Shown here one piece after another: positions 1 through 9,130 of a stretch of 32,000 bases of DNA (positions are counted from its first letter, which is position 1; every line of letters starts with the position of its first letter). This stretch comes from Fibrobacter succinogenes subsp. succinogenes S85 (lineage in GTDB: Bacteria; Fibrobacterota; Fibrobacteria; Fibrobacterales; Fibrobacteraceae). The notes under the pieces are model-generated. The model searched no databases and had not been told where the DNA came from. It was given only the letters and a program-made list of their open reading frames with translations. The stretch is from positions 1,650,001 through 1,682,000 of the forward strand of contig NC_017448.1 in assembly GCF_000146505.1 (NCBI RefSeq). Reading direction: 5' to 3'. The translations under genes were made by a program, and so were the position numbers.

Positions 1-630
1 GAGCGTAAACACGACCTGTCGTGGCGTCATCACGCGGCGCACCGGGAGCGACTTGAGCGAAAGGATGTTCTTGATGACAAGAGCCTGCTGGCGGTCAATC
101 ACATCTTCGCGAAGCCCGAGACTCACAAGGCTATTGATGTCCTCGATACTCACGTCCTTCTTTTCTTTGTCTTCGTGCGTCCAGTGCTTGGTCAGCGTAA
201 GGCAAAGCCAGATGATTCCCGTCCAGCTGAGGATTTTCGTGATGTAATAAAACGGCACAGCCACGAGCGGCGCACAGACTTTCGCCTGCTTCACACCGAG
301 CGTCTTGGGAGTGATTTCGCCAAAGAGCAAAATGAGAATCGTGAGTATCACCGGCAAGAGCATCGCCGCCGAAGGCGACAAGCGCTTCACCGCCAAGGCA
401 GTCGCCAAGGACGCGCCCACCGTATTCGCGACCGTATTCACCACAAGCACCGAAGCAATGTAGCGGTCGATGTTATCTTTCACGTGTTTCAGGTAACGTG
501 CGGTAAATTTCTTTTGTCGCTCCAAGACTTCCACCGTCGAAGGCGGGACGCTATAGAACGAAGCTTCGGTCACAGAGCAAAACGCCGAAGCACCAAGACA
601 AGCAAGAACAGTAATTACAATTTCAAACAT
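1..630 (-). CDS. DUF21/CNNM-domain membrane protein (HlyC/CorC-TlyC 'hemolysin' family), N-terminal 210 codons; C-terminus lies beyond the window start
   Basis: Absent from the ORF track because it runs off the window edge. My reverse-complement translation from ATG 630-628 is open to position 1: MFEIVITVLACLGASAFCSVTEASFYSVPPSTVEVLERQKKFTARYLKHVKDNIDRYIASVLVVNTVANTVGASLATALAVKRLSPSAAMLLPVILTILILLFGEITPKTLGVKQAK...SLPVRRVMTPRQVVFTL. LFGEITPK and the VRxVMTPR entry into the CBS-pair region are classic DUF21/CorC landmarks. GGAGG lies 9 nt upstream of the ATG. The annotated + ORF 175..672 is its antisense shadow. Confidence 0.85.
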   Translation of the reverse strand, partial: MFEIVITVLACLGASAFCSVTEASFYSVPPSTVEVLERQKKFTARYLKHVKDNIDRYIASVLVVNTVANTVGASLATALAVKRLSPSAAMLLPVILTILILLFGEITPKTLGVKQAKVCAPLVAVPFYYITKILSWTGIIWLCLTLTKHWTHEDKEKKDVSIEDINSLVSLGLREDVIDRQQALVIKNILSLKSLPVRRVMTPRQVVFTL

Positions 631-639
631 ATTTTCGCG

Positions 640-644
640 CCTCC
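640..644 (-). promoter_or_regulatory. Shine-Dalgarno (GGAGG) of the DUF21 gene, embedded in a small GC hairpin (637-649, GCGCC-loop-GGCGC)
   Basis: The + strand reads gcgcc tcc ggcgc at 637-649. On the - strand this gives GGAGG with a 9-nt spacer to ATG 630. The 24-bp gap between the sppA stop (655) and this start suggests co-transcription. Confidence 0.4.
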
Positions 645-654
645 GGCGCAGTTA

Positions 655-2949
655 CTAAAGACCATCAATTAAAGTCGGCTCTATCGCCCAGAACTGTGTG
701 CGTTCCATATCACGAATAAAGTCACCAAACGATTTCGTATTCACAAACGGCACCACAAAAGAATCTTCCGTATTCAACTGCATCAGTTCAATTTCAGTAG
801 ACTTCGGGATATCGGCAAGCTTGCGGACTTCGTCAAGAGCGTCATCAAATCCACCCAAGCTATGCACAAGCCCGGCCTCTTTCGCTTTCCAGCCAACCAT
901 CACGCGACCGCCGCCATACACAGAATCCACCACAGCTTGGTCAATTCCAGTCGCCTGCGAAACAACACCCGTAAAGCGATTGTAGAAGTCATCCATGTAT
1001 TCCTGAAGTGCCGCCTTTTCGGTATCCGTCCACGGGCGTGCAAAAGAGCGCGCATCCGAATAATCATTTGTCTTGACCGGTTCATTACGCAACCCAACTT
1101 TCTGCATCAAGCCAGACGCATCAATCTTACCGCCATAAATCCCAATGCTACCCACAATGGCAAATGGTTCTGCAATTATCTTGTCCGCACCGCATGCAAT
1201 GTAATAGGCGCCCGACGTTCCTGAACTTCCGATACTTGCAACAATGGGGATATCAAAGCGTCTCAAGTTCTTGAGCGCGCCCCAAATTTTATCGGACGCA
1301 ATGGCACTACCGCCCGGCGAACTAATTCGCACAAGCAAAGCCTTTACGCCCATACCTGGCAACCTGCGTAAGTTATCAAGAACAGATTCTTCCATGCGAG
1401 AATCAATCGTTCCGTTAATATTCAACAGCGCCACTTTTGCGCGATGGTTCCAGCTCTCGTCAAAAATTTTTGTATTCGACGGAGCCCAAGTCCTAAAGCC
1501 CGCATAAGGTGCATCAATATCAAAGAACGTCTTTAATGCGTAAGCGGGAACCTGGTCAATGTAAAGCAAAGTATCGGCAAGGCCCGCCTTTTTCGCTCCA
1601 ATCGCAGTAATCACAGGCTTTTGGGCGAGCTCATCCAGTTTTTCCGTATTCACCGGCGCAGTCCCAGTTTTCATGCGAGCGGCAACACGCATACGGACAA
1701 GTTCCCAAATATCCTTGTAAAGCGTTTCAATATTTTCACGGGCATTCACCGACATGGAATCAGCCGTATAAGGTTCCACCGCCGACTTGAATGCGCCATG
1801 GCGCAAAAATTCAACCTTGACACCTAGTTTGTCCAAAATGCCCTTATAGAACGTGATTCCGCCACCAAGCCCAAGCCATGTAAAATGGGCCGAAGGCTCC
1901 ACGACAACGCGGTCCACATTTGCAGCCGCCGTCAACACCGACGGACGGACATCATCCATGTAGGCAATTACGAGACCGCCACGCGCCTTGAGCTTTTTCA
2001 CGTAACGGTTGATTTCTTCAGAAATCGCCAAATTGCCGTTATAGCCCGAAAAGTCAAGAACGACAAGGCCTGCAGCCGGGTCGCGCAACAAGTGTTCAAA
2101 CAAATTGCGCACCTTCATGAGACCGATAGAAGACGGAGCAAAGAACAAGAACTTCTTTTCAACTTCGGAAACTTCCATGTTGAGCGGCACACGCACAATC
2201 TGCGCCGAGCGCGAAGCCTTCGGGTTGCGCGATGCATGGAATCCGATGCTACCACCCTTCGGCAAAAAATCGTCAAACATCTTGATCGATGCATCAACAT
2301 ACCCGCCAAACGAAGTCGATAAAGTCAACATGTATTCGTCATCATCACCGTAAACAGGCATTTTGAATCCAAAGCGGAACCCGGCAAGCGAAAGTTCAAA
2401 TAGCAGACGGTGTTCTTTCCAGTTTTCCACATCGTAACTTGCGCTCAGGAAATCCCCTAAGCGAAGCGTCGCACCCGCATTGTGGATGCGTTCCATCGAA
2501 GTTGGCCCCAAGTACAAAAGGTTATCGCAAGAATAGCCCAGCGATAAAAAGCGGAACGGACGAATCAAGATACCCGGAGAATACGTCCACTCCGTCCCCT
2601 TGAAATCGGCACTGCGAAACGCAGTAACGCGACCGCCCCAAAATGCACTCCGGTCAAAAAGTGAAAATCCATGCGTCAAGTTCCAGCGGGATTCATCCAT
2701 CCCGTCACCATTGAAATGGTATTCAAAACCCGCCCCGAAATGGTCCAAGTTGCCGCCAATGCGGAATTCAGTAACGCCGTCATCATATTGGTACGATGCA
2801 AGAGCGCCTCTGGAATCCAAGGCCGAAAGCCCCGCCGGATTTCCGAAAACACCATGCGCCCCATCAAGCGAAACAAAGCCGGATTCTCCGGGAAGGTAGG
2901 CAAACGCCGATGCTGCCATTGCAAATAGCGATATAACAAATTTTTTCAT
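655..2949 (-). CDS. sppA: Signal peptide peptidase SppA (67K type, tandem S49 domains) with an extra N-terminal beta-rich domain
   Basis: The ORF track gives 655..3009. I place the start at the internal ATG 2949-2947: [17 protein letters not shown]|YLPG is a textbook signal peptide, whereas the 20 upstream codons are not. The C-terminal ~520 aa carry S49 motifs: [39 protein letters not shown] and VGSIGIYGG (Ser nucleophile context). An earlier, degenerate S49 repeat is also present ([12 protein letters not shown]..., VIAYMDD). Confidence 0.85.
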   Translation of the reverse strand: MKKFVISLFAMAASAFAYLPGESGFVSLDGAHGVFGNPAGLSALDSRGALASYQYDDGVTEFRIGGNLDHFGAGFEYHFNGDGMDESRWNLTHGFSLFDRSAFWGGRVTAFRSADFKGTEWTYSPGILIRPFRFLSLGYSCDNLLYLGPTSMERIHNAGATLRLGDFLSASYDVENWKEHRLLFELSLAGFRFGFKMPVYGDDDEYMLTLSTSFGGYVDASIKMFDDFLPKGGSIGFHASRNPKASRSAQIVRVPLNMEVSEVEKKFLFFAPSSIGLMKVRNLFEHLLRDPAAGLVVLDFSGYNGNLAISEEINRYVKKLKARGGLVIAYMDDVRPSVLTAAANVDRVVVEPSAHFTWLGLGGGITFYKGILDKLGVKVEFLRHGAFKSAVEPYTADSMSVNARENIETLYKDIWELVRMRVAARMKTGTAPVNTEKLDELAQKPVITAIGAKKAGLADTLLYIDQVPAYALKTFFDIDAPYAGFRTWAPSNTKIFDESWNHRAKVALLNINGTIDSRMEESVLDNLRRLPGMGVKALLVRISSPGGSAIASDKIWGALKNLRRFDIPIVASIGSSGTSGAYYIACGADKIIAEPFAIVGSIGIYGGKIDASGLMQKVGLRNEPVKTNDYSDARSFARPWTDTEKAALQEYMDDFYNRFTGVVSQATGIDQAVVDSVYGGGRVMVGWKAKEAGLVHSLGGFDDALDEVRKLADIPKSTEIELMQLNTEDSFVVPFVNTKSFGDFIRDMERTQFWAIEPTLIDGL

Positions 2950-2961
2950 CAATGATATAAT
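2933..2961 (+). promoter_or_regulatory. Candidate sigma70-type promoter for the wzc-like gene (-35 ATAACA, 17-nt spacer, -10 TATAAT)
   Basis: A perfect TATAAT at 2956-2961 lies 60 nt upstream of ATG 3022. ATAACA (4/6 to TTGACA) sits at 2933-2938, giving a 17-nt spacer. It lies in the sppA/wzc divergent region. Promoter rules of the host are unknown, so this is weak. Confidence 0.2.
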
Positions 2962-3021
2962 AGAAAAATTGCTATTTTGCTTCACGAGTGTAGGAAACAA
3001 TTTTAACATAGTGGTGGTTAT

Positions 3022-5118
3022 ATGAGTTCATCTTCGAAAAAAGAAGAAACTGACCTTTTTGACTTGTTGAAGGAGCTGGCAAGAAATTGGAAAATCATGA
3101 TTCCGTGCGTCATTGTCGCCGGAATTGTAGGCGTTTTTGTCGCCATGTGGATTAGGCCTGTCTATAAAGTAGACGCATTGCTCCAGATTGAATCAAAGAA
3201 TAACAAGAGCATGGGCATGACAGGCGGCCTCAGCAGCCTGTTTGCCACAACAAGCCCCGCCGAAACAGAAATCGAGCTCATCAAGAGCCGTCACATCATC
3301 GGCGACGCCGTCGAAAAGATGAATTTGCTGTACGTGGCAACACCAATCAACAAACTTGACCGCCTGCTGCATCGTGAAGGCCGCATGGAACTCAGCCGAT
3401 TTGAAAGGCCCGAATCAAGCATTCAAAAGAACAAAAAAATTATTCCATGGGTTGCTGTAGCTACAGACAGCGCCTCCTTTGACCTATACGATCACCATAA
3501 TCAGAAAATCCTCTCGGGAGCCGTTGGTACAACATATCGGTTCCCTTATGCAAACGACACCGCATGCATCCACATTTATCGCATGGATGCCACTCCGGGG
3601 CAGAAATTTGAAATCGTCAAGGAAGAACGCCTCGATGCCATTGACGAATTCAAGAAAGCATTTGATATCAAGGAAAAAGGCAAAAAGACTGGCATTCTAG
3701 AATTCAGCTACCAGGATATCTATCCCGACCGCGCCACAAAAGTTCTAAACGAAATCGCAACGTCCTATTTAAGACAGAATGTTGAACAGCGCAATGCCGA
3801 AGCCCAAAAGACATTGGAATTTTTGGAAAAGCAGTTGCCCGATGTCAAAGCAAAACTGGATAGTTCTCTCCTGAAGTTCAACACCTACCGCAATAAAGTC
3901 GGTTCCGTAGACATTGGCGCCGAAACGCAGCTCATCCTAGAAAAACGCAACAAGTTGCAGCAAAGCTTGCTTGAGTTGCAGCAGAGAAAGCAGAGTGCCG
4001 TCCGCCTGTTCCAGCCGGAACATCCGACAGTCAAGACCTTAGAAGATCAGGAAAACAACTTAAAGCGCGAGCTCGCCAACAACTATGCCGCCACCAAGAG
4101 GCTCCCGAACACCCAGCAAGAAGTCCTGAAGTTGACGAATGAAGTCGACATGAGCAAGCACATGTATACGACCATGCTCAACAACATTCAGCAGTTGAAG
4201 CTCGTGTCCGCCGGTGAAGTAGGTTCAGTGCGCATTATCGACTTTGCCGAAAAAGTCACGAAGCCCATAAAGCCGAAAAAGAGCCTCATCGTTTGTATCG
4301 CCTTGTTCCTCGGTCTGCTCCTTGGAGCTGCAATCGTATCCATCCGCAGCAAGTTCAGCAACGGTGTTCGCGACGCAAGCTTTATCGAACGTGAAACAGG
4401 ATTCAGCGTCTACGCGAAAGTTCCCAAAGGCAACCCCAACGGCACCAAAGGCACTCGCCCACTTGCAGTTGTCGAGCCGGACGATGTTGCAGTGGAATCC
4501 ATCCGTGCATTGCGCAGTTCACTTGAATTCAGCATGGAAGAAGACAGCCGCCCCGTTATCGGAGTCAGCGGGCTTATCCCAGGTGTAGGCAAGAGCTTTA
4601 TTTCCGTAAACCTCGCCGCACTTTATGCAGGTCTCGGCAAAAAGGTCTTGCTTATCGACGCGGACCTCCGCAAGGGCCGCCTGCACAAGGAATTCGGCAT
4701 CAAGCGAGGGAAAGGCCTTTCTCAGATTCTCCTTGGCGAAGCTACTGTAGACAACGTTGTTCAATCCACCGAAGTCGACAACCTGTTCGTCATGCAATGT
4801 GGTAACGTGCCACCCAACCCATCTGAACTGTTGGGTTCCAAGCACTATTCAACAATGATCAGCGAACTGGAAAAGGCTTACGACCTAATCATCGTCGATA
4901 CACCGCCAATCATGCTCGTGACAGACGCCGCCCTTGCCTGCCGTATCGCATCCCAGATCGTCATGGTCATCGAATACAACAAGCACAGTATCGAAGCAAT
5001 CCAGGACGGTATGAAGCAGTTGCTCAAGGGAAATACCACCGCACATGCAAGCTTCGTCATCAACAAGTACGAACACGGGCATAGCGATGGCTACGGATAC
5101 AAATATGGGAAGTATTAA
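3022..5118 (+). CDS. wzc: Polysaccharide co-polymerase / BY-type tyrosine autokinase (Wzc/Etk-like, PCP-2a)
   Basis: N-terminal Wzz-type region has TM1 ([19 protein letters not shown]), a long coiled-coil periplasmic segment ([13 protein letters not shown]...) and TM2 ([21 protein letters not shown]). The kinase domain shows Walker [11 protein letters not shown], Walker A' [11 protein letters not shown], Walker [10 protein letters not shown] and a C-terminal tyrosine cluster GYGYKYGKY. Confidence 0.9.
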   Translation: MSSSSKKEETDLFDLLKELARNWKIMIPCVIVAGIVGVFVAMWIRPVYKVDALLQIESKNNKSMGMTGGLSSLFATTSPAETEIELIKSRHIIGDAVEKMNLLYVATPINKLDRLLHREGRMELSRFERPESSIQKNKKIIPWVAVATDSASFDLYDHHNQKILSGAVGTTYRFPYANDTACIHIYRMDATPGQKFEIVKEERLDAIDEFKKAFDIKEKGKKTGILEFSYQDIYPDRATKVLNEIATSYLRQNVEQRNAEAQKTLEFLEKQLPDVKAKLDSSLLKFNTYRNKVGSVDIGAETQLILEKRNKLQQSLLELQQRKQSAVRLFQPEHPTVKTLEDQENNLKRELANNYAATKRLPNTQQEVLKLTNEVDMSKHMYTTMLNNIQQLKLVSAGEVGSVRIIDFAEKVTKPIKPKKSLIVCIALFLGLLLGAAIVSIRSKFSNGVRDASFIERETGFSVYAKVPKGNPNGTKGTRPLAVVEPDDVAVESIRALRSSLEFSMEEDSRPVIGVSGLIPGVGKSFISVNLAALYAGLGKKVLLIDADLRKGRLHKEFGIKRGKGLSQILLGEATVDNVVQSTEVDNLFVMQCGNVPPNPSELLGSKHYSTMISELEKAYDLIIVDTPPIMLVTDAALACRIASQIVMVIEYNKHSIEAIQDGMKQLLKGNTTAHASFVINKYEHGHSDGYGYKYGKY

Positions 5119-6137
5119 TTTTTCAGATACAGGACTAAACGGTCAAATATTTTCTGTAACCCAAATCTAGGCTGCCACGCGAGCTTTCTAAGCTTAGCCG
5201 TATCCAGCCTTAATTTGGTTGGAGGAGCATACCCCTGGTTTTCGTCTATTTCAATTTTGACTCGGATATCAGGATTAACTTTTTCGCAAACGAATTCCGC
5301 CATTTCCTTTGCCGATATATACGTCAATTCATTGGCAACATTATAGCATTCCCCATTCCCGCCATTCAAAAGAATGTGGAGAATTGCCGAAATGGCATCC
5401 GTGACATAGCAGTAAGGCCTTGCGGATTCACCAGTCGAATGGAGCACAATATCTTGGCCTAGAGAAGCAAGGCGTGCAAACTGTGCTATTATACGGTTAT
5501 CATCCTTTGCGATGCCAGCCCCCGTCGTCTGGGTCAACCTAGCTACCTTTACAGGGACCCCATATTCTGCAGCATACAGGCAACACATATTTTCAGTCGC
5601 ACGCTTCGCCATCGGGTAGCTGCTACGAACCGATACAGGATCCAAATAGCCCTGAAATCGTTCATCAATAGCCTTGGAATCGTCAAGTGTTTCACCATAA
5701 ACTTCAAGAGAAGACAGATAAACCATTCCCTTGATCTGTTTTTTTTGAGCTAGTTGCAACATTGTTTTTGTGCCATCCATGATAATTTCAAAAGTTTCCA
5801 CAGGATGTTCCACAAAAAATTTGCTCGACGTTGGCGCAGCACAATGGACTATGAAATCAATTTTACCTAGCGACTCATAATCATAGTGCGTGATGTCACA
5901 TTCTATAAAATGGACCTTTTCTATTTGAGAAGCGTCAAACAGTGTTTCCACTTTTTTCAAGTTTCTCACCGGAGCAAAAATTTTCACCTGCTTGTCAAGG
6001 GCCAGCAAGCAACGAATAAGAGATGAACCAATAAGTCCCGTAGCTCCGGTTATCAAAAAAGTCGAATTTTCAAGGCTATTACTTAATTCAAAATTCTTCG
6101 CAAAATCAAGGACGTCTTCGCAAACAATTTTATTCAT
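5115..6137 (-). CDS. NAD(P)-dependent extended SDR (epimerase/dehydratase/reductase family); candidate CDP-ketose/alditol-phosphate reductase partner of the adjacent cytidylyltransferase
   Basis: Rossmann motif ITGATGLIGSSL, catalytic YxxxK (YPMAKRATE), 340 aa. It lies 2 bp downstream of the IspD-like gene. Its stop codon overlaps the wzc stop (TTAA at 5115-5118). Confidence 0.75.
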   Translation of the reverse strand: MNKIVCEDVLDFAKNFELSNSLENSTFLITGATGLIGSSLIRCLLALDKQVKIFAPVRNLKKVETLFDASQIEKVHFIECDITHYDYESLGKIDFIVHCAAPTSSKFFVEHPVETFEIIMDGTKTMLQLAQKKQIKGMVYLSSLEVYGETLDDSKAIDERFQGYLDPVSVRSSYPMAKRATENMCCLYAAEYGVPVKVARLTQTTGAGIAKDDNRIIAQFARLASLGQDIVLHSTGESARPYCYVTDAISAILHILLNGGNGECYNVANELTYISAKEMAEFVCEKVNPDIRVKIEIDENQGYAPPTKLRLDTAKLRKLAWQPRFGLQKIFDRLVLYLKN

Positions 6138-6139
6138 AA

Positions 6140-6862
6140 TTAAAATCCAAATATCTGCTGATTTTCGTGTACTTCAACCATGGCCCTAAAAATAAAGAAG
6201 TCGGTTGGAGTCGTAATCTTGATATTCTCCATCGGTCCAATAGCAGTATTTATCTGGAAACCGTAATGACTCATCATGGTGCAAGAATCAATAAAGTCAT
6301 GGCGATTTTCAGCAATTGCCTTTTCGTGGGCGCCCAAAATGTCTGTCAAGATAAAACATTGTGGAGCTCTTGCAATCAGGGAATTCGCTCGTGACGGGAT
6401 TTCTAAAGATCCATCTTCTTGCTTGACGACAAATGTTTCCGTAGCGGGGATGCAGATAACGCAGTTTCCCTTTTCATTGGTCGTAGCAATGCAGTCCGAA
6501 ATAGTCTTTTCCTTAATCAGGGGGCGAACACCATCATGAATAAGGACATTGCATTCTTCCCCAAGATGTTTCTTAGCGGCAACCAATCCGTTATAAATGG
6601 AATCCTGCCCAGTTGAGCCTCCAGGCACCACCGCCACAACCTTGCTGATTTCAAATTTGTTCAGCTGTTTCTTTAAGAAAGGAATCCAGGATTCGATGCA
6701 CACAACAACAATGCCATCTATCTGCGGATGGTTATCGAACAATTCCAAGGTATAAATAATGATGGGCTTGCCATTCAATTCAAGGAACTGTTTTGGCCTG
6801 GAAACCGTATTCATACGCATTCCAGTTCCACCAGCGAAAATGACAGCAACATTCTTTCTCAT
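6140..6862 (-). CDS. IspD/TarI-family cytidylyltransferase (CDP-alditol synthesis, e.g. ribitol-5-phosphate cytidylyltransferase-like)
   Basis: IspD-family landmarks appear in order: VIFAGGTGMRM, PKQFLELNGKPI, GGSTGQDSIYNGL, HDGVRPL, APQCF, NIKITTPTDF. Length 240 aa. Context is an SDR downstream and a TagF-like transferase upstream. Confidence 0.85.
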   Translation of the reverse strand: MRKNVAVIFAGGTGMRMNTVSRPKQFLELNGKPIIIYTLELFDNHPQIDGIVVVCIESWIPFLKKQLNKFEISKVVAVVPGGSTGQDSIYNGLVAAKKHLGEECNVLIHDGVRPLIKEKTISDCIATTNEKGNCVICIPATETFVVKQEDGSLEIPSRANSLIARAPQCFILTDILGAHEKAIAENRHDFIDSCTMMSHYGFQINTAIGPMENIKITTPTDFFIFRAMVEVHENQQIFGF

Positions 6863-6865
6863 ACG

Positions 6866-7759
6866 TTACCTCATATTCCTACTTTCAAGATATTTTAAAA
6901 CGCCATGCGGATCGTCCGTAAAGAATACACTGAATCCATGGTCTATCAGCCAACCATAACTGGCTTCAACATCGCTCAACGCCAGCTGGTCGTTTCGGCC
7001 ACCATTGCAGCAAGAACCAAGCAAGGTATCAACCCAAAGCCTATTGCCTTTTTTGGAATACTTCTTGACCGCTTTTAAAATGGATAACGTATCCGAAGGA
7101 AAAGCAATGTAATATCCAATGGGTTTCATCTTTCTCTGCAAATCCGAGAAACGCTTTTCGTCGTTTAAGCCATTGCATTGCAGAAACGGAGCATAATTAA
7201 CCTCAGGATACTGCTTTACCAATTTGTATGCATCGGATTCCATATTCGTGGTACCCGCCAGTAAAATTTGTCTGTCCATACCATGTTTATGAACTATTTC
7301 AAGAACCGCTTCTTTATGGTCTTGCCATTTATCCACATAAATAAGGATTTTTCCCTTCGAAAGTTCCAAGATTTCTTCAAACGTGGGAACTCGTTGGTCG
7401 GAAACATAGTTGGTCGGAGTCTTTAACTTGTATTCTTTTATTTCGGCCAAGGTAAGGTCAGAAACCTTTCCCCTTCCCGTCGTTGTACGGTTTATGGTTT
7501 CATCATGCATAATGACAAGGACACTGTCCTTTGTCATGCGAACATCCACCTCAATGGCGTCAAATCCTGTCTTGATGCAATTTTCAAAACCCCTAATCGA
7601 ATTTTCCGGAGCATAGCGCCAGTCACCGCGATGAGCAATAATCATCGCATAGTTGTGCGGCCCCTTTTCATGGAGCTTATTCAGCAAAAAGTCAATCCTA
7701 TCTTCTGCAGCCGAAAGCAACGCAGACAGAGACAACAGCAAAAACACCAACCGTTTCAT
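6866..7759 (-). CDS. Exported glycerophosphodiester phosphodiesterase family protein (GDPD; GlpQ/UgpQ-like)
   Basis: Signal peptide MKRLVFLLLSLSALLSAAED. GDPD catalytic motifs IIAHRGDWRYAPENS and IEVDVRMTKDSVLVIMHDETINRTT. Length 297 aa. Confidence 0.85.
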   Translation of the reverse strand: MKRLVFLLLSLSALLSAAEDRIDFLLNKLHEKGPHNYAMIIAHRGDWRYAPENSIRGFENCIKTGFDAIEVDVRMTKDSVLVIMHDETINRTTTGRGKVSDLTLAEIKEYKLKTPTNYVSDQRVPTFEEILELSKGKILIYVDKWQDHKEAVLEIVHKHGMDRQILLAGTTNMESDAYKLVKQYPEVNYAPFLQCNGLNDEKRFSDLQRKMKPIGYYIAFPSDTLSILKAVKKYSKKGNRLWVDTLLGSCCNGGRNDQLALSDVEASYGWLIDHGFSVFFTDDPHGVLKYLESRNMR

Positions 7760-9130
7760 TTATGCATTTTCCTTCTTTTTCGGCATTTTCAAAGAATCAA
7801 GTAGGTACTCATAAATAGCGACCGAAGCTCCGTTTGGATTTTGCGGACGCAGATACGCATCGACAAAAGCATAACGTTCTTCCTTCATATAGTCATCACC
7901 ATCAATCACGACTTGCTTGATGAACTTCTCGATTTCCTTACCTTTTTCAGAGGTGTAGATGTGATCCAAAATAGCCTTGCCACATTCATTCCAATCACGA
8001 ACTACACCTGGATTTGCAATCAGGAACAGCATCGGCTTATAGGTACTGGTATACTCCGCCGTAAAGGAGCCACAATCCTGAATCATCGCATCCGACGTGA
8101 GGAATAAATCAACATATTCATCTAGGCAAACCTGCGTATTGGGCATTGTCTCCCACAACTTGTAATACGCTTCACGGCGTTCCTTATTCCAGCCGGGGAT
8201 TGCAGAATCCAGTTTCTTGGCAAGCTCTGGATGCGGCTTAAAAACGAACTGAACTTCGTCTGCATATTTTTTAGCCATTTCAACCATAAAGTCGCAAATA
8301 TCCAAAAAATTTGCACAACGATTCTTTTCCAGCATGTGGTGGTGCGGAGCCCAGATAATCCTTTTCTTCTTTTTCTCCTGAGGTTTCCAGACATCAACTG
8401 GAGGCTTCCTCGGGAAAAAGAATTCATCCAAAAGGGGATAACCAGAAGCAACAGCGTTCACCCCCTTGTTGATTGCATGTTCCTTTGCCATCTGGACATG
8501 CAACGGGGTTTCATAAAAGATCTTCCAAAGTTTGTTATGGAAGTCCCTGTTAAAATGTTCAATATAACGGTTGCTGATCATCCAGGCGTAAGGGACGTAA
8601 GCCTGCAAGCAATCCATATTCCGTTCATAGCCAAAGTCCACGAAGCGGCCATATTCATGCCAGCAATTCATATGGAACAAAATATCGGGATTCAACTCCT
8701 TAGCCTCGGCCCTCGACAGGACACGATTTTCTTTTTCGGAATAGGGCAAAAAGACATTGTAGCCGCGGTCCTTGAAATAGCGATAAACCTGTAGCATGTG
8801 CGGAACAAAGTTGCTTTGAATAATAGCACCGGCTGCGTAAGGCACAACCACGATATATGGGTTGAAACGGCTGTCTTTTTCCAGGAGCCGATAAATGCCT
8901 TCATATTTCCACTTGTTCGTTTCCAGGATATAAAAGGCGACATTGATTTTTTCACCACGAGAAGCCTTCGCCTGAACATTCTGCAAGACATTCTCGTATT
9001 TTGCCGGCAAGTCGTCATACTTATGGCGCAACAAAAAATTTCTCAGCAAAGAATAAGCCTTTGTTAATATTATCTTGTTGTAGATGACGATTTCGTAATA
9101 ACGAATCTTATTCTTCAGATTAGACATCAT
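7760..9130 (-). CDS. CDP-alditol/CDP-glycerol polyol-phosphate transferase (TagB/TagF/TarL-like, Glyphos_transf family)
   Basis: The C-terminal half carries the family pattern as I remember it: IIWAPHHH (cf. ilYAPTwR), FKPHPE, and DLFLTSDAMIQDCGSFTAEYTSTYKPMLFL (cf. sD.lITDYSS..fdf..l.kP). ATGA start/stop overlap with the upstream GT (9127-9130), and zero gap to the GDPD gene. Confidence 0.72.
   Translation of the reverse strand: MMSNLKNKIRYYEIVIYNKIILTKAYSLLRNFLLRHKYDDLPAKYENVLQNVQAKASRGEKINVAFYILETNKWKYEGIYRLLEKDSRFNPYIVVVPYAAGAIIQSNFVPHMLQVYRYFKDRGYNVFLPYSEKENRVLSRAEAKELNPDILFHMNCWHEYGRFVDFGYERNMDCLQAYVPYAWMISNRYIEHFNRDFHNKLWKIFYETPLHVQMAKEHAINKGVNAVASGYPLLDEFFFPRKPPVDVWKPQEKKKKRIIWAPHHHMLEKNRCANFLDICDFMVEMAKKYADEVQFVFKPHPELAKKLDSAIPGWNKERREAYYKLWETMPNTQVCLDEYVDLFLTSDAMIQDCGSFTAEYTSTYKPMLFLIANPGVVRDWNECGKAILDHIYTSEKGKEIEKFIKQVVIDGDDYMKEERYAFVDAYLRPQNPNGASVAIYEYLLDSLKMPKKKENA

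Noticed and set aside
175-672. 165-aa + strand ORF at the left edge
   Set aside because: An arginine-rich nonsense translation. The opposite strand encodes a clean DUF21/CNNM N-terminus with an SD-preceded ATG at 630.
2950-3009. 20-codon N-terminal extension of sppA ([20 protein letters not shown])
   Set aside because: The internal Met at 2949 begins a canonical signal peptide. The extension would place a signal peptide internally and would consume the divergent promoter region. It is kept only as an alternative start.
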